DNA of 55,044 bases from Gemmatimonadaceae bacterium (GCA_036488915.1 DASXGU010000134.1:1-55044), one strand, 5' to 3'; counted from the stretch's first letter, positions 41,329 through 50,481 are shown. The notes: generated by a model from the letters alone, not told the origin. A program made the numbers and translations.

Positions 41329-42255
41329 TCAGGAGGGTGGGAGTTCCTCGAACGACATCACCCGCTCTCCATCACCACCCGACGGAATGCGCGCTAGCGC
41401 ACTTTCGGCGCGGTGTACGAGCTCGGTAAGGTCGATGTCTGCGGTCGCAAGGTCGGGCACAGCCGAGTAGCCGGCCCGCAAACGGAAGGACCCGCCGAAC
41501 GTGGAGCTCTTGGCGGCGGCATCCAGCTGACGCTGGAGTCTCGCGACGAGCAGTCTCGCGCCGGCGGCATCGGTGTCGGGCGCAAGAATAGAAAGCTGGG
41601 ACTCGCCGGTTTTTGCGACGATGTCCGACCGCCGTGCCTGATCGCGGACGAGATGCGCAACTTCGGCGAAGGATCCATCGTCGCTCTTCTTGCCGGCGCC
41701 GCCTTCGGTCGACTCAGGAGAAAACGCCAGACACGCGAACGCCTCGTGCTTCCTCACCGCACGGGCCTCGAGCTGCTCGGCGAGATGATGAAGTCCGAAT
41801 GTCGTGTAGAGTCCGCTCGACGGATCCATCAGTGCTTTCGCCTGCGATGCCTCGAGCTCCTGCCGGGCGCGGAGGAATGTGCCGAGCTTGAGGAAAAGTC
41901 CCTCGACGTCGAGCGGCAGATGGCAGTACTCCCAGGCTCCCGCAGCGTACGCGGCGGTGCGCCCAGGCATTGTGGAGTGCGACGACGACACGATCACAAT
42001 CGGTGTCGCGTGGTCGAAGAGCGGGTCGTCGCGCAGAGCGACGCATACTTCGACTCCATTGAGCTCGTCGAGCCGCTCATCCAGCATCATGACATCGATG
42101 CCACCGCGGCGCGCAAGCTTGAGCGCCTGCTTACCCGAGCCGGTTCGGGTGACCTTGTAGCCTTTTTCCGTAAAGACACTCTCCAGCGAGCGACACAGCC
42201 ATTCGTCACTAACTCCGATCAGCGCTGCCATCGCCCGCGGTCTCGTACCGGTCAT
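41329..42255 (-). CDS. Response regulator: receiver domain plus degenerate GGDEF domain (paralog 2)
   Basis: ATG 42255 overlaps the epimerase stop; REC VMMLD; DPSSGLY, RRSD I-site, GESQL in place of GGDEF. Confidence 0.8.
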   Translation of the reverse strand: MTGTRPRAMAALIGVSDEWLCRSLESVFTEKGYKVTRTGSGKQALKLARRGGIDVMMLDERLDELNGVEVCVALRDDPLFDHATPIVIVSSSHSTMPGRTAAYAAGAWEYCHLPLDVEGLFLKLGTFLRARQELEASQAKALMDPSSGLYTTFGLHHLAEQLEARAVRKHEAFACLAFSPESTEGGAGKKSDDGSFAEVAHLVRDQARRSDIVAKTGESQLSILAPDTDAAGARLLVARLQRQLDAAAKSSTFGGSFRLRAGYSAVPDLATADIDLTELVHRAESALARIPSGGDGERVMSFEELPPS

Positions 42256-43373
42256 GAGGCTGCCATGGGAAGTGAGATTCCAGGATGATGGTGCGAGTTG
42301 GCGCCGGCCGGCGCGTGTCGTGCCACGATCGGCGCCCGGACGCCTGACCGCGCTTTCTCGACGTACCAGCCCAGCGCCTCGGTAAGTCCGTCGGCGACAT
42401 CGTGGGTCGGCGAGTACGAAAGCATGCGACGAGCTTTCTCGATCGAAGCCCCGGAGAAGCGGATGTCGCCGGGGCGGAATGGATCGTACTGCGGCGTGGC
42501 GGCGGCAAATCGCGGGTCGCGTTCGGCGAGGCGGTCGCGCATCATTTCGAATAGCTGGTTCAAGCTCACAGACGACGCGCAAGCGACATTGTACGTATTT
42601 CCGGTCGCGCTCTCACTCTCGATGGTCGCGGCCAGCAGATTCGCCTGTATCACGTTGGCGATATAGCAGAAATCCCTGGTGGTGTCGCCGTCACCGAAAA
42701 TCCGGCAGCGCTCGCCACGCAGCAGACTGGCTATCCAGCGGGGAATGACCGCGGCGTAGGCACCCGCTGGATCCTGTCGGCGGCCGAAGACGTTGAAGTA
42801 GCGCAGGCCGATCGACTGGAGGCCGTAGCTCATTTGGAAGGCGAGGGCGTAGGTCTCGTTGGTGCTCTTACTCGCCGCATAAGGCGAGAGCGGACGGCCC
42901 GTTGCCGTCTCGACCTGGGGGTAATCAGGAGTGTCCCCGTAAACCGCCGAAGACGACGCGTAGACGAATCGCTTGATGCCTGCATCCTTGGATGCCACCA
43001 GCATGTTTACGAAGCCATCGACGTTGACGGCGTTGGTGCGAAGCGGGTCATCCATCGACCAGGGCACCGACCCCAGGGCAGCGTGGTGGAGAACGTAGTC
43101 CGCACCTTCGCAGGCCAGTCGGCAGGTCTCGAGATCCCGAATGTCCCCTTCAACCATCCGAAAGCGCGCCGACGCTTCGTACCCCGCCAGAACGTCATCG
43201 AGATTGGCGTGGTGGCCCGTCGAGAAGTTGTCCACACCGACAACTGTTTGCCCGAGAGCAAGCAGCTCCTGCAGTAGATTGGAGCCGATGAAACCCGCTA
43301 CGCCGGTGACGACCCACGACCTCGGCGCGGACAATAGCTGCTCTCGAACCCGAAGATACGGTGCGGAGATCAC
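42252..43373 (-). CDS. UDP-GlcNAc(A) 4-epimerase, WbpP/TviC-like SDR
   Basis: WVVTGVAGFIGSNL, HAALGSVP, YASSS, SPYAASK, LRYFNVFG.RQDP.GAYAAVIP; GTG 43373. Confidence 0.9.
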   Translation of the reverse strand: MISAPYLRVREQLLSAPRSWVVTGVAGFIGSNLLQELLALGQTVVGVDNFSTGHHANLDDVLAGYEASARFRMVEGDIRDLETCRLACEGADYVLHHAALGSVPWSMDDPLRTNAVNVDGFVNMLVASKDAGIKRFVYASSSAVYGDTPDYPQVETATGRPLSPYAASKSTNETYALAFQMSYGLQSIGLRYFNVFGRRQDPAGAYAAVIPRWIASLLRGERCRIFGDGDTTRDFCYIANVIQANLLAATIESESATGNTYNVACASSVSLNQLFEMMRDRLAERDPRFAAATPQYDPFRPGDIRFSGASIEKARRMLSYSPTHDVADGLTEALGWYVEKARSGVRAPIVARHAPAGANSHHHPGISLPMAAS

Positions 43374-43730
43374 GAGGTCCCAGTGGAAGAGTACCCGCCG
43401 GCCCAATCAGAGCGGCCGTGCGCGGGAGCACGACGACCCGATCATACGCGCCGCACCTGCGCGGCATTCACAGCGACGCGACAAAGCATCTTCCATTCCC
43501 CGCGTGCCATCGGGAACGCTTTGTGTAAAGCGTGAATTATCAGTCTTTTAGCGCGGCGGCGAATCGTCTGTTCACTAAATTCCTGGATGCCTTGTCGCAA
43601 TGTCGCGCCATTCCTGTGGTGATCGGACTACAACGCCGTGAGGCGATTGGCGAAAAGTTTTTTCCCCGCCGTCTGGGAGGTGTTTATCCGGACTTCCAAT
43701 TGAGACACTCAATTGCTACTATAGCTGCCG

Positions 43731-44546
43731 ATGCTCGACAGGCTGCTTAGTTGGGCGGCCCGTCGCGTCAAGGCGGTCGCCGGTTGGCTACTCTTTAAGT
43801 TGGGTCTCTTTCGACGACTCCGTCGGGATGAGGCTGTCATTGTGCTGTTTCATCGCGTCAATGACTCGTATCCGGCCGACCCTCTCACCGTCACCAACAG
43901 CAAGTTCGACGATTTCGTTCGATTCTTCGGCAAGTACTTCGAGGTGGTCTCGCTCGGCGAAGTGCTCCGCCGCCTCGAGAGTGGGGAATCGCTCAGGAAC
44001 AAGCTCGCCATCACCTTTGACGATGGCTATCGCGGAAACGCGACGATTGCTGCACCGATCCTGGAGCGACACGGTCAGCGCGCCTGCTTTTTCGTAACTA
44101 CCGACTGGATCGGCACGGATCACGTCGCATGGTGGGACGCGGAGAAGAACATCCAGACTTCCTGGATGACGTGGGATCAGATTCGCGAGCTGCACGCAGC
44201 GGGTCACGAGATCGGGTCGCACACTCAGGATCATCCCGACCTTGGCGCCATCGCGCCGGACGTGGCGAGACGCGAGATCAGCGGCGGCAGCGCGCGGCTG
44301 GACGCTGAGCTCGGCAAGCATTCCGGCCTGTTCGCCTACCCCTACGGTGGTAAGAAGAACATGTCGGAGGAAAACCAGGCCGTCGTGAATCAACTGGGCC
44401 TGAGATGTTGCCTGTCGGCGTATGGCGGAACTGTGAGAAGCGGCGATGATCCACTGCGCCTCAAGCGGATCACCATTACGAGCTGGTTTCTTTCCCCCTA
44501 TCAGTTCGGGTTGGAATTCCTGCTCGGCCGACTGAATCCGGAGTGA
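43731..44546 (+). CDS. Polysaccharide deacetylase (CE4, NodB-like)
   Basis: LFHRV, ITFDDGY, GHEIGSHT..HP, FAYPYG. Confidence 0.9.
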   Translation: MLDRLLSWAARRVKAVAGWLLFKLGLFRRLRRDEAVIVLFHRVNDSYPADPLTVTNSKFDDFVRFFGKYFEVVSLGEVLRRLESGESLRNKLAITFDDGYRGNATIAAPILERHGQRACFFVTTDWIGTDHVAWWDAEKNIQTSWMTWDQIRELHAAGHEIGSHTQDHPDLGAIAPDVARREISGGSARLDAELGKHSGLFAYPYGGKKNMSEENQAVVNQLGLRCCLSAYGGTVRSGDDPLRLKRITITSWFLSPYQFGLEFLLGRLNPE

Positions 44547-44559
44547 GTCGAAAAGGAGA

Positions 44560-45756
44560 GTGATCGCGGTGAGCAGTGGCATCGAGGGGACCAGGGTCCT
44601 TGCTTTGGGATCGGGAGTAACCGTCCTCGGAGTGTTGCGGGCGCTATCGCGATCGGAGGTCGAAGTATTCGCCCTTCCCGATGCGGACCGCGCAACGCGA
44701 CGCTCTCGGTGGTATCGGTCCGCGCCGGGGGAGATGGCGGCGATGCGACCCGAGAGACTCGTCGAGCTACTGCGCCTGCTTCCGACCGGAACGGTCTTGA
44801 TGCCGTGCTCCGATCTGTGGGCCGGAACCGTGTCGGCGCTCGAGCCGGGGATATTTCAGAGCTACCCGGCGAGTGTCCCGCCGTTGTCAGCGATCCAAGT
44901 CCTGGTCGACAAGTCGAGCTTTCGCGGCACCCTGGCGCGGTTGGGACTTGCGCACCCCGAGACTCATGTCATGACGTCGCTCGCCGATCTCGACAGCGTC
45001 GGCGACAGAATTCTTCAGAGCTCGTTTCTCAAGCCGGCGCACTCGCAGCAGTTCTTCGCACACTTCGGAGTAAAGGCGTTTCGGGTCAGCGGCAGGGAGG
45101 ATGCGCGGCGGCGGCTCGGCGAGTGCATCAGCGCCGGCTTCCAGATGATGGTCCAGGAATACATTCCCGGTCCGCCGACCAACCATTACTTCGTCGATGG
45201 ATTCGTCGATCAAGGCGGTGTAATCCGCGCCCTATTCGGTCGCCGGCGTCTGCGAATGAGTCCGCCGGATTTCGGCAACAGCACGTATCAGATCAGCGTG
45301 CCGCTGGCAGAGACCGGCGATGCCGTCCAAACGCTGAGGACTCTGCTCGGCGAACTCGAGTACCGCGGCATCTTCAGCGCGGAGTTCAAGAAAGACGCGC
45401 GAGACGGGAAATTCAATCTCATCGAGGTCAACGCCAGGCCCTGGTGGTACGTCGACTTCGCGGCGCGATGCGGGGTGAATGTCTGCGAGATGGCCATCCG
45501 CGACGCCCTGGATCTGCCGGTGCCGACGATCGACAGCTACGCCGTGGGACGCCGCTCGGTCTACCCGTACTACGATCTCCAGGCGGTGCGGGACGAACGG
45601 GCGGCAGGGAAGATGGACCTTCTTTCCTGGGCAGCTTCCTGGCTCGGGCCCTATCAACCGGTATTTCGATGGTCTGATCCGCTTCCAGCAATTGGCGAGG
45701 TAGCGTTGCTCATTCGGCAGCGCGTCGCCAAACTCGGCCGCGGCGCGCGGTCGTAG
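44560..45756 (+). CDS. ATP-grasp carboxylate-amine ligase (D-aspartate-ligase-like)
   Basis: LMPCSD, DK..F, FLKP, MVQEYIPG, AEFKKDARDG...LIEVNAR. Confidence 0.8.
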   Translation: MIAVSSGIEGTRVLALGSGVTVLGVLRALSRSEVEVFALPDADRATRRSRWYRSAPGEMAAMRPERLVELLRLLPTGTVLMPCSDLWAGTVSALEPGIFQSYPASVPPLSAIQVLVDKSSFRGTLARLGLAHPETHVMTSLADLDSVGDRILQSSFLKPAHSQQFFAHFGVKAFRVSGREDARRRLGECISAGFQMMVQEYIPGPPTNHYFVDGFVDQGGVIRALFGRRRLRMSPPDFGNSTYQISVPLAETGDAVQTLRTLLGELEYRGIFSAEFKKDARDGKFNLIEVNARPWWYVDFAARCGVNVCEMAIRDALDLPVPTIDSYAVGRRSVYPYYDLQAVRDERAAGKMDLLSWAASWLGPYQPVFRWSDPLPAIGEVALLIRQRVAKLGRGARS

Positions 45757-45892
45757 GATTCGATCCGGAACAGATTTTGGGTCTCGATCGCGCACGTGAC
45801 CGGTACTCTCATCGAGCGTCTGATACAATAGAGAAGGGAGATGACGCGGAATTCAGTTACAACGCATGTTCCCTCTCGAATGACAGCAGGCA

Positions 45893-45982
45893 CGCTGCCC
45901 AGAGCAAAGCCGTCGAAAGACGGTGACGCAGAGCCACGGGGCTGAAGCGGATCTCTCCGCGATGCCAGCCGAGCCGCCAGCG
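45893..45982 (+). ncRNA. GEMM-I cyclic dinucleotide riboswitch aptamer, A20 variant (c-AMP-GMP-type signature)
   Basis: P1 CGCTG/CAGCG; GCAAA; P2 GCCGTC-GAAA-GACGGT; GACGCA; P3 with receptor-like GCTGAAG/GATGC; A at 45903 (Vc2 position 20), A47 at 45930, C92 at 45977, by manual alignment to Vc2 from memory. Confidence 0.85.
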
Positions 45983-46018
45983 AATCCGACATCCGGTCGG
46001 CACCGCGGCGGCTTTTTT
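45972..46018 (+). terminator. Riboswitch expression-platform terminator
   Basis: AGCCGCC(45972-45978) pairs with GGCGGCT(46007-46013), inner CCGAC/GTCGG hairpin, then a T run. Confidence 0.65.
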
Positions 46019-46065
46019 GTTCTCCGTCGTCATGGTCCGCTCGGAAAAAACCAGGAGTCTTTCCG

Positions 46066-47913
46066 ATGCAGTCCATATTCGCGGTCGCCCGGCGTGTCTT
46101 GACGCCCTCGGCAATCATGCTCATTCTCCCGCTGCTCGTCGTATGCTCGGGGGACAATCCGGCTGGAACGGGAGACGCCGCGCCCGGCACTGTGAGCAAC
46201 CTTGGCGTGTCGGGAATTGCGAGCAACTCGGTCACGCTGACGTTTACCCAGGTTGACGACGGCAAGGGTCAGGCTGCGCGGTACGACATCCGCTACGCGG
46301 TATCACCAATGTCGTGGGGCAGCGCGACGTCGGTAGCGAGTGGAAGCTGCGCGGCACCCGTTGCAGGAACAGTGGTTGGGTCGCCGCTCACCTGCAGCAT
46401 TCTCGGGCTGACGCCTTCTACGAGCTACGACTTTCAGCTGGTGGCGTTCCGAGGCGATCTCGACGTGGACGCAGTATTCGGCCAGCCCTCCAACGTTGCA
46501 TCGGCTTCGACACCGGCGCAGACAACGCCTCCTCCCGTCGTGGCATCGGTTACCGTCTCCCCCGGCTCGGCTTCCATCGTAGTCGGCGCGACCACGGCCC
46601 TCCAGGCAACCGTCAAAGACAGCAACGGCAACGTCATGAGCGGTCAGAACGTCGCGTGGTCGACGAGCAACGCCGCGGCAGCGACGGTGTCTTCCAGTGG
46701 CGTCGTGACGGGCGCAGCAGCAGGGTCGGCTACGATAACCGCGACGAGCGGGGGACAGTCCGGCACTTCCGCGATCACGGTGACGGCCGCTCCTCCGCCG
46801 CCTCCGGTGGTCACGACTGTGACGGTGGCGCCGGCCGCGCCATCGATAAACGTCGGCGGCAACGTGACGCTCACGGCGACCGTCAAGGATGCGCAGGGCA
46901 ACGTCATGACCGGCCAGTCGATAGCGTGGTCGACCAGCAACTCCGCCGTCGCCACGGTGAATAACGGTGTCGTCTCGGGCATAGCTGCCGGCACGGCCAC
47001 CATCACGGCGACGTGTTCCGGAAAAACGGGAACGTCGTCGGTAACGGTCACCACCCCGTCAGGCAGTGGGACCCTGCTGTTCCAGGAAAACTTCGAGGAC
47101 GCCAACATCGGCGGGCGCGGGTGGTATGACAACACCAGCGCGGTGATCTCGACGGCGGAGCACATCACAGGTAGCACCGCGTCGGCGCAATACCATTTCC
47201 TCGCGGGCGCCAGCACTCCGACCAGCGGCGGCGCGCAACGCCACAAGTTCACGCCCTCGAACTCGTTCTACCTCAGTTTCTACGTGAAATACAGCGCCAA
47301 CTGGGTCGGATCGGGTCAGGCCTATCATCCGCACGAGTTCTACGTACTCAGCAATCTGGACGGCGACTACGATGGGCCGTCGCAGAATTTCCTCGACGTC
47401 TACATCGAGCACAACTATCTGAATGGTGGCAGACCGCGCCTGGCGATGCAGGACAATAAATCGGTGAATACGACGAACGGGGCGCTGCCGAACAATCTCA
47501 TCGCTACCACCGAGAACCGCTCCACGAGCGGGTGCAACGGAGTTGTCGAGAGCAACATCTTCTCGGAGTGCTACAACGCCGGAACCTACTGGTACAACGA
47601 CAAACAGCTGACCGGGCCCGTAGTGTTCCAGCCGAACCCGGGGCCGGGCTACAAGAACGACTGGAACTTCGTTGAAGCGTACTTCCAGCTGAACACTATC
47701 GTGAACGGGATTGGCCAGGCGGACGGCGTCATGCAGTACTGGTTCAACGGAACCCTGATCATCGACCGTCACGACATCCTGTTCCGGACGGGGGCGCATC
47801 CGACGCTCCAGTTCAGCCAGTTCCTGATCGCGCCCTACATCGGGGACGGATCTCCGGTGGATCAGTCGATGTTCATCGATAACCTGAGGGTGGCAACGGG
47901 GCGCATCCCGTAA
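46066..47913 (+). CDS. Secreted or lipid-anchored surface protein: FN3 + two Big_2 Ig-like repeats + C-terminal beta-sandwich (lectin/polysaccharide-lyase-like)
   Basis: Signal peptide ending VVC; GLTPSTSYDFQLVAF (FN3); two V.V.P...L.ATVKD..GN......W.TSN..VATV repeats with poly-Pro linkers; W..VEAYFQLNT..G.ADG....W.NG. Confidence 0.8.
   Translation: MQSIFAVARRVLTPSAIMLILPLLVVCSGDNPAGTGDAAPGTVSNLGVSGIASNSVTLTFTQVDDGKGQAARYDIRYAVSPMSWGSATSVASGSCAAPVAGTVVGSPLTCSILGLTPSTSYDFQLVAFRGDLDVDAVFGQPSNVASASTPAQTTPPPVVASVTVSPGSASIVVGATTALQATVKDSNGNVMSGQNVAWSTSNAAAATVSSSGVVTGAAAGSATITATSGGQSGTSAITVTAAPPPPPVVTTVTVAPAAPSINVGGNVTLTATVKDAQGNVMTGQSIAWSTSNSAVATVNNGVVSGIAAGTATITATCSGKTGTSSVTVTTPSGSGTLLFQENFEDANIGGRGWYDNTSAVISTAEHITGSTASAQYHFLAGASTPTSGGAQRHKFTPSNSFYLSFYVKYSANWVGSGQAYHPHEFYVLSNLDGDYDGPSQNFLDVYIEHNYLNGGRPRLAMQDNKSVNTTNGALPNNLIATTENRSTSGCNGVVESNIFSECYNAGTYWYNDKQLTGPVVFQPNPGPGYKNDWNFVEAYFQLNTIVNGIGQADGVMQYWFNGTLIIDRHDILFRTGAHPTLQFSQFLIAPYIGDGSPVDQSMFIDNLRVATGRIP
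46537..47055 (+). repeat. Tandem Big_2 domain duplication within the surface protein
   Basis: Two ~260 nt units share ACCGTCAA.GA......GGCAACGTCATGA.CGG.CAG and GCGTGGTCGAC.AGCAAC.CCGC. Confidence 0.75.
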
Positions 47914-47922
47914 CCACTCGGG

Positions 47923-48576
47923 TTAGATCGAGAAGCTCAGTTTCCTGGCGTGGAAGGCCTCGGCGAATCCTTCGGGGGCGCGGCACTCCATTCCACGCAG
48001 TCGCATGAGGCCAAGGAACACGTCTTCGCTGAACCAGTCCTTGTTGCGCTGGGTTCCGAAGACGTCGAGCAACGCCCGCGCTTTGCGTCGTGCCCCGGTC
48101 GCGGTCAGCGGCACGTAGAAATTTGGGCAGCCAAGGTCGCCATCCCATTTCGGAATCTCGTACTCGAGCACGATCTGATTCCGGAAGGTATTCCAGGTCA
48201 GGTCGGACACCACGCGATGGTCCTGATGTCGGTCGTCACGCGTGTGCGTGAACACGATGTCGGGCTGAAACTCCCGGGCGATGCCCTCGAATGCATCCTT
48301 GATTCCGTCGAAACGCGCCGGAAAGTAGCCATCCTGGAATTCGTGGAGACGCAGGGCTGCCTTCGCGGCGGGACCGATGAACGTTTGCGCGCCGCGCGCC
48401 GCCTCCTTCCCACGCGCTCCCGAGGCGCTCCACACGACCCACCGGAATTCAGCGCGCGGTCGCCTGCGCGCCAGCTGCAGGAGCGCACCTCCGCAGCCGA
48501 TCTCGATGTCGTCGGAGTGGGCACCTAGGCAAAGCACCTTGAGCGGGCCAGTCCGATCGGTCTTCAGCCCTAACAA
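47923..48576 (-). CDS. PIG-L/LmbE family deacetylase
   Basis: GAHSDDIEIGCGG, DRHQDH, YEIPKWDGD; TTG start at 48576 with GGAG upstream. Confidence 0.88.
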   Translation of the reverse strand: MLGLKTDRTGPLKVLCLGAHSDDIEIGCGGALLQLARRRPRAEFRWVVWSASGARGKEAARGAQTFIGPAAKAALRLHEFQDGYFPARFDGIKDAFEGIAREFQPDIVFTHTRDDRHQDHRVVSDLTWNTFRNQIVLEYEIPKWDGDLGCPNFYVPLTATGARRKARALLDVFGTQRNKDWFSEDVFLGLMRLRGMECRAPEGFAEAFHARKLSFSI

Positions 48577-49940
48577 GCGGCGCTCCGCGCCCTCGAAGCC
48601 GCAGATCTCGGCGCGGGAGTGTCGGAGCGATTGCGGCTGGAGACCTCGCGGTCGATGACTCTCACCAACGAAGCCTTGCGGAGCGCGTCGGCGGCACCTC
48701 GCACCGTGGCAAACGGCATCGATGCCCGTTCCGCTATGTCCAGGAGCGAGTGGCTGCCGTCGGAGAAGTTGAGCACCCACAGCAAACACATCTCGAAGTC
48801 CTTCGGAGTGCTCCCACCTGTATTACGGTATAAACCACGAGCGCCGAGTCGCGGCTCGCACATCGGATTGAGATTGAGATACGTGCGATCGTGCTCCAGG
48901 ATCTCCAGAATCGCCAGCACCTTGTTCAGCGAGTCCTCCAGCGACTCAGGTGCCACGAAATCCAGATTGTCGGCGGACGTGTGGTACTCCGGGAACTTGC
49001 CATTCGGAGTGCGGGTGAGGCAGCCGACGGCGAGATCGAAACCAGGAGAGCAGTACTGCCGCTCATCGTAACCATATGGAACGAACTCGACGATCTCGCC
49101 TGCCCCGGACTGGTGCAGCACGTGTGCAGCAGCACGATCGATGAGCGTGGTTCCGCGGCGGCTTCGCTTGTACGTCGGAGTCCCCCGATCGCCGAGACAT
49201 GACAGGACGAGGCCATGACGCACCCGACCGATGTCGTCCTGGTTGCGGGCCAGCCATGTTATTGAGCCGATGGTTCCGGGAATGAACAGGAAGCGGATCG
49301 TGTGTCGGCGCGGCTTGTCGGCGAGGTGCCGCGCCAGGAACGCGCCCACCGCCATTCCGGAAAGATTGTCGTTGGCGAGCGACGGATGACAGCTGTGCAC
49401 GCTGATGAGTATCTCATCGGCGATCGCGCCAGGAAGGACGCACTCACCGTAGGTGAGCGAGCCCGCTTTCAGACTCGAATCGATGCACACCTCGTACTCG
49501 CCGTCTTTCAGACTCTCGAGGAGGCTGTGGCTGAGGCAGAACCCCCAATCCTCTTTGTAATAGGAGGTGCGATAGGGAATCAGGTCGGGCTGATCGGGAA
49601 GCGTATGGAGGTGGGGTCGCAGCTGCGACAGCCGCAGCCGAGCCCGGACTGGCGTGCTGTAACTTACGACGTGAAGTGTCGAGTCCTGCAGATCCACGAT
49701 TCGTCGGCCCGAGGAGTCGGCAATCCAGGCCTCCCGGATGTTCCACTCGTTGGGAACGGTCCAGTCGAAGGCCGGCGTCCCACTTGGCACTTCGGTGACT
49801 TCCATCGGGATGATGTTGCCCAGCAGCGCCAGCGACTGACGGAACCCGTCGCCGGTGATGCTGCGACAGATGGGATACAGCTCGCTCACCAGCCGGTGCA
49901 TTGCATCGCCCGAGCCCGCGGGCGCGGCGTACTCAGACAT
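48570..49940 (-). CDS. DUF4910 / DUF2172 aminopeptidase-like polysaccharide biosynthesis protein with C-terminal winged HTH
   Basis: LYPICRSITG.G, DWTVP.EWNI, IPYRTSYY..WGFC, CHPSLANDNLSG, DERQYCSPG, EYHTSAD. Confidence 0.88.
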   Translation of the reverse strand: MSEYAAPAGSGDAMHRLVSELYPICRSITGDGFRQSLALLGNIIPMEVTEVPSGTPAFDWTVPNEWNIREAWIADSSGRRIVDLQDSTLHVVSYSTPVRARLRLSQLRPHLHTLPDQPDLIPYRTSYYKEDWGFCLSHSLLESLKDGEYEVCIDSSLKAGSLTYGECVLPGAIADEILISVHSCHPSLANDNLSGMAVGAFLARHLADKPRRHTIRFLFIPGTIGSITWLARNQDDIGRVRHGLVLSCLGDRGTPTYKRSRRGTTLIDRAAAHVLHQSGAGEIVEFVPYGYDERQYCSPGFDLAVGCLTRTPNGKFPEYHTSADNLDFVAPESLEDSLNKVLAILEILEHDRTYLNLNPMCEPRLGARGLYRNTGGSTPKDFEMCLLWVLNFSDGSHSLLDIAERASMPFATVRGAADALRKASLVRVIDREVSSRNRSDTPAPRSAASRARSAAC

Positions 49941-50481
49941 TGAGCGCAACGCTCGGAAGGAAATCCGGATACGAGGCGTCGCGCGGATGTAGGATTGGAT
50001 CGTCCACCGGCCACCTGATTCCGAAGGCCTGATCGTTCCATCGCGCGCCGCGTGCCGCGTTGGGTTCGTAGAACTCCGACATTTGATAGAAGACGTCGCA
50101 GTCGTCTTCCAGCGTCACGAACCCATGTGCCATCCCCTCGGGGACATAAAGCGCGCGTCCGTTTGCCCGCGACAGCTCGAGGCCAAAGTGCCTCAAATAG
50201 GTGTCGGAGTCAGCCCGCAAGTCGATGATCACATCCCAGATGGCGCCGCTGGTGCAGCGCACGAGCTTCGCTTCAGCGTACGGCTCAGCCTGCCAGTGCA
50301 TTCCACGCAGAGTCCCGCGCCGCTGGTTGTACGAAATGTTGCATTGGGCGAGCTCGATGTTGAGTCCGATTTCTTCGAACTCACGGCGGCACCATGCCCT
50401 CGAGAAAAAGCCTCTTTCGTCGCCACGCCGCTCGAGCTCGACGACGAATGCGCCCGGCAAAGGGCTCGCTTCAAAGATCAC
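49933..50481 (-). CDS. rfbC: NDP-4-keto-6-deoxyglucose 3,5-epimerase (RmlC/RfbC family)
   Basis: DERGFF.R, GTLRGMHWQ, KLVRC..G.I.DV..DLR, LYVP.G.AHGF; GTG 50481. Confidence 0.9.
   Translation of the reverse strand: MIFEASPLPGAFVVELERRGDERGFFSRAWCRREFEEIGLNIELAQCNISYNQRRGTLRGMHWQAEPYAEAKLVRCTSGAIWDVIIDLRADSDTYLRHFGLELSRANGRALYVPEGMAHGFVTLEDDCDVFYQMSEFYEPNAARGARWNDQAFGIRWPVDDPILHPRDASYPDFLPSVALNV

Noticed and set aside
38815-42255. REC-GGDEF proteins as the cGAMP or c-di-GMP synthase for the riboswitch
   Set aside because: Catalytic GGDEF and metal/nucleotide-binding residues are absent, so the synthase must be elsewhere
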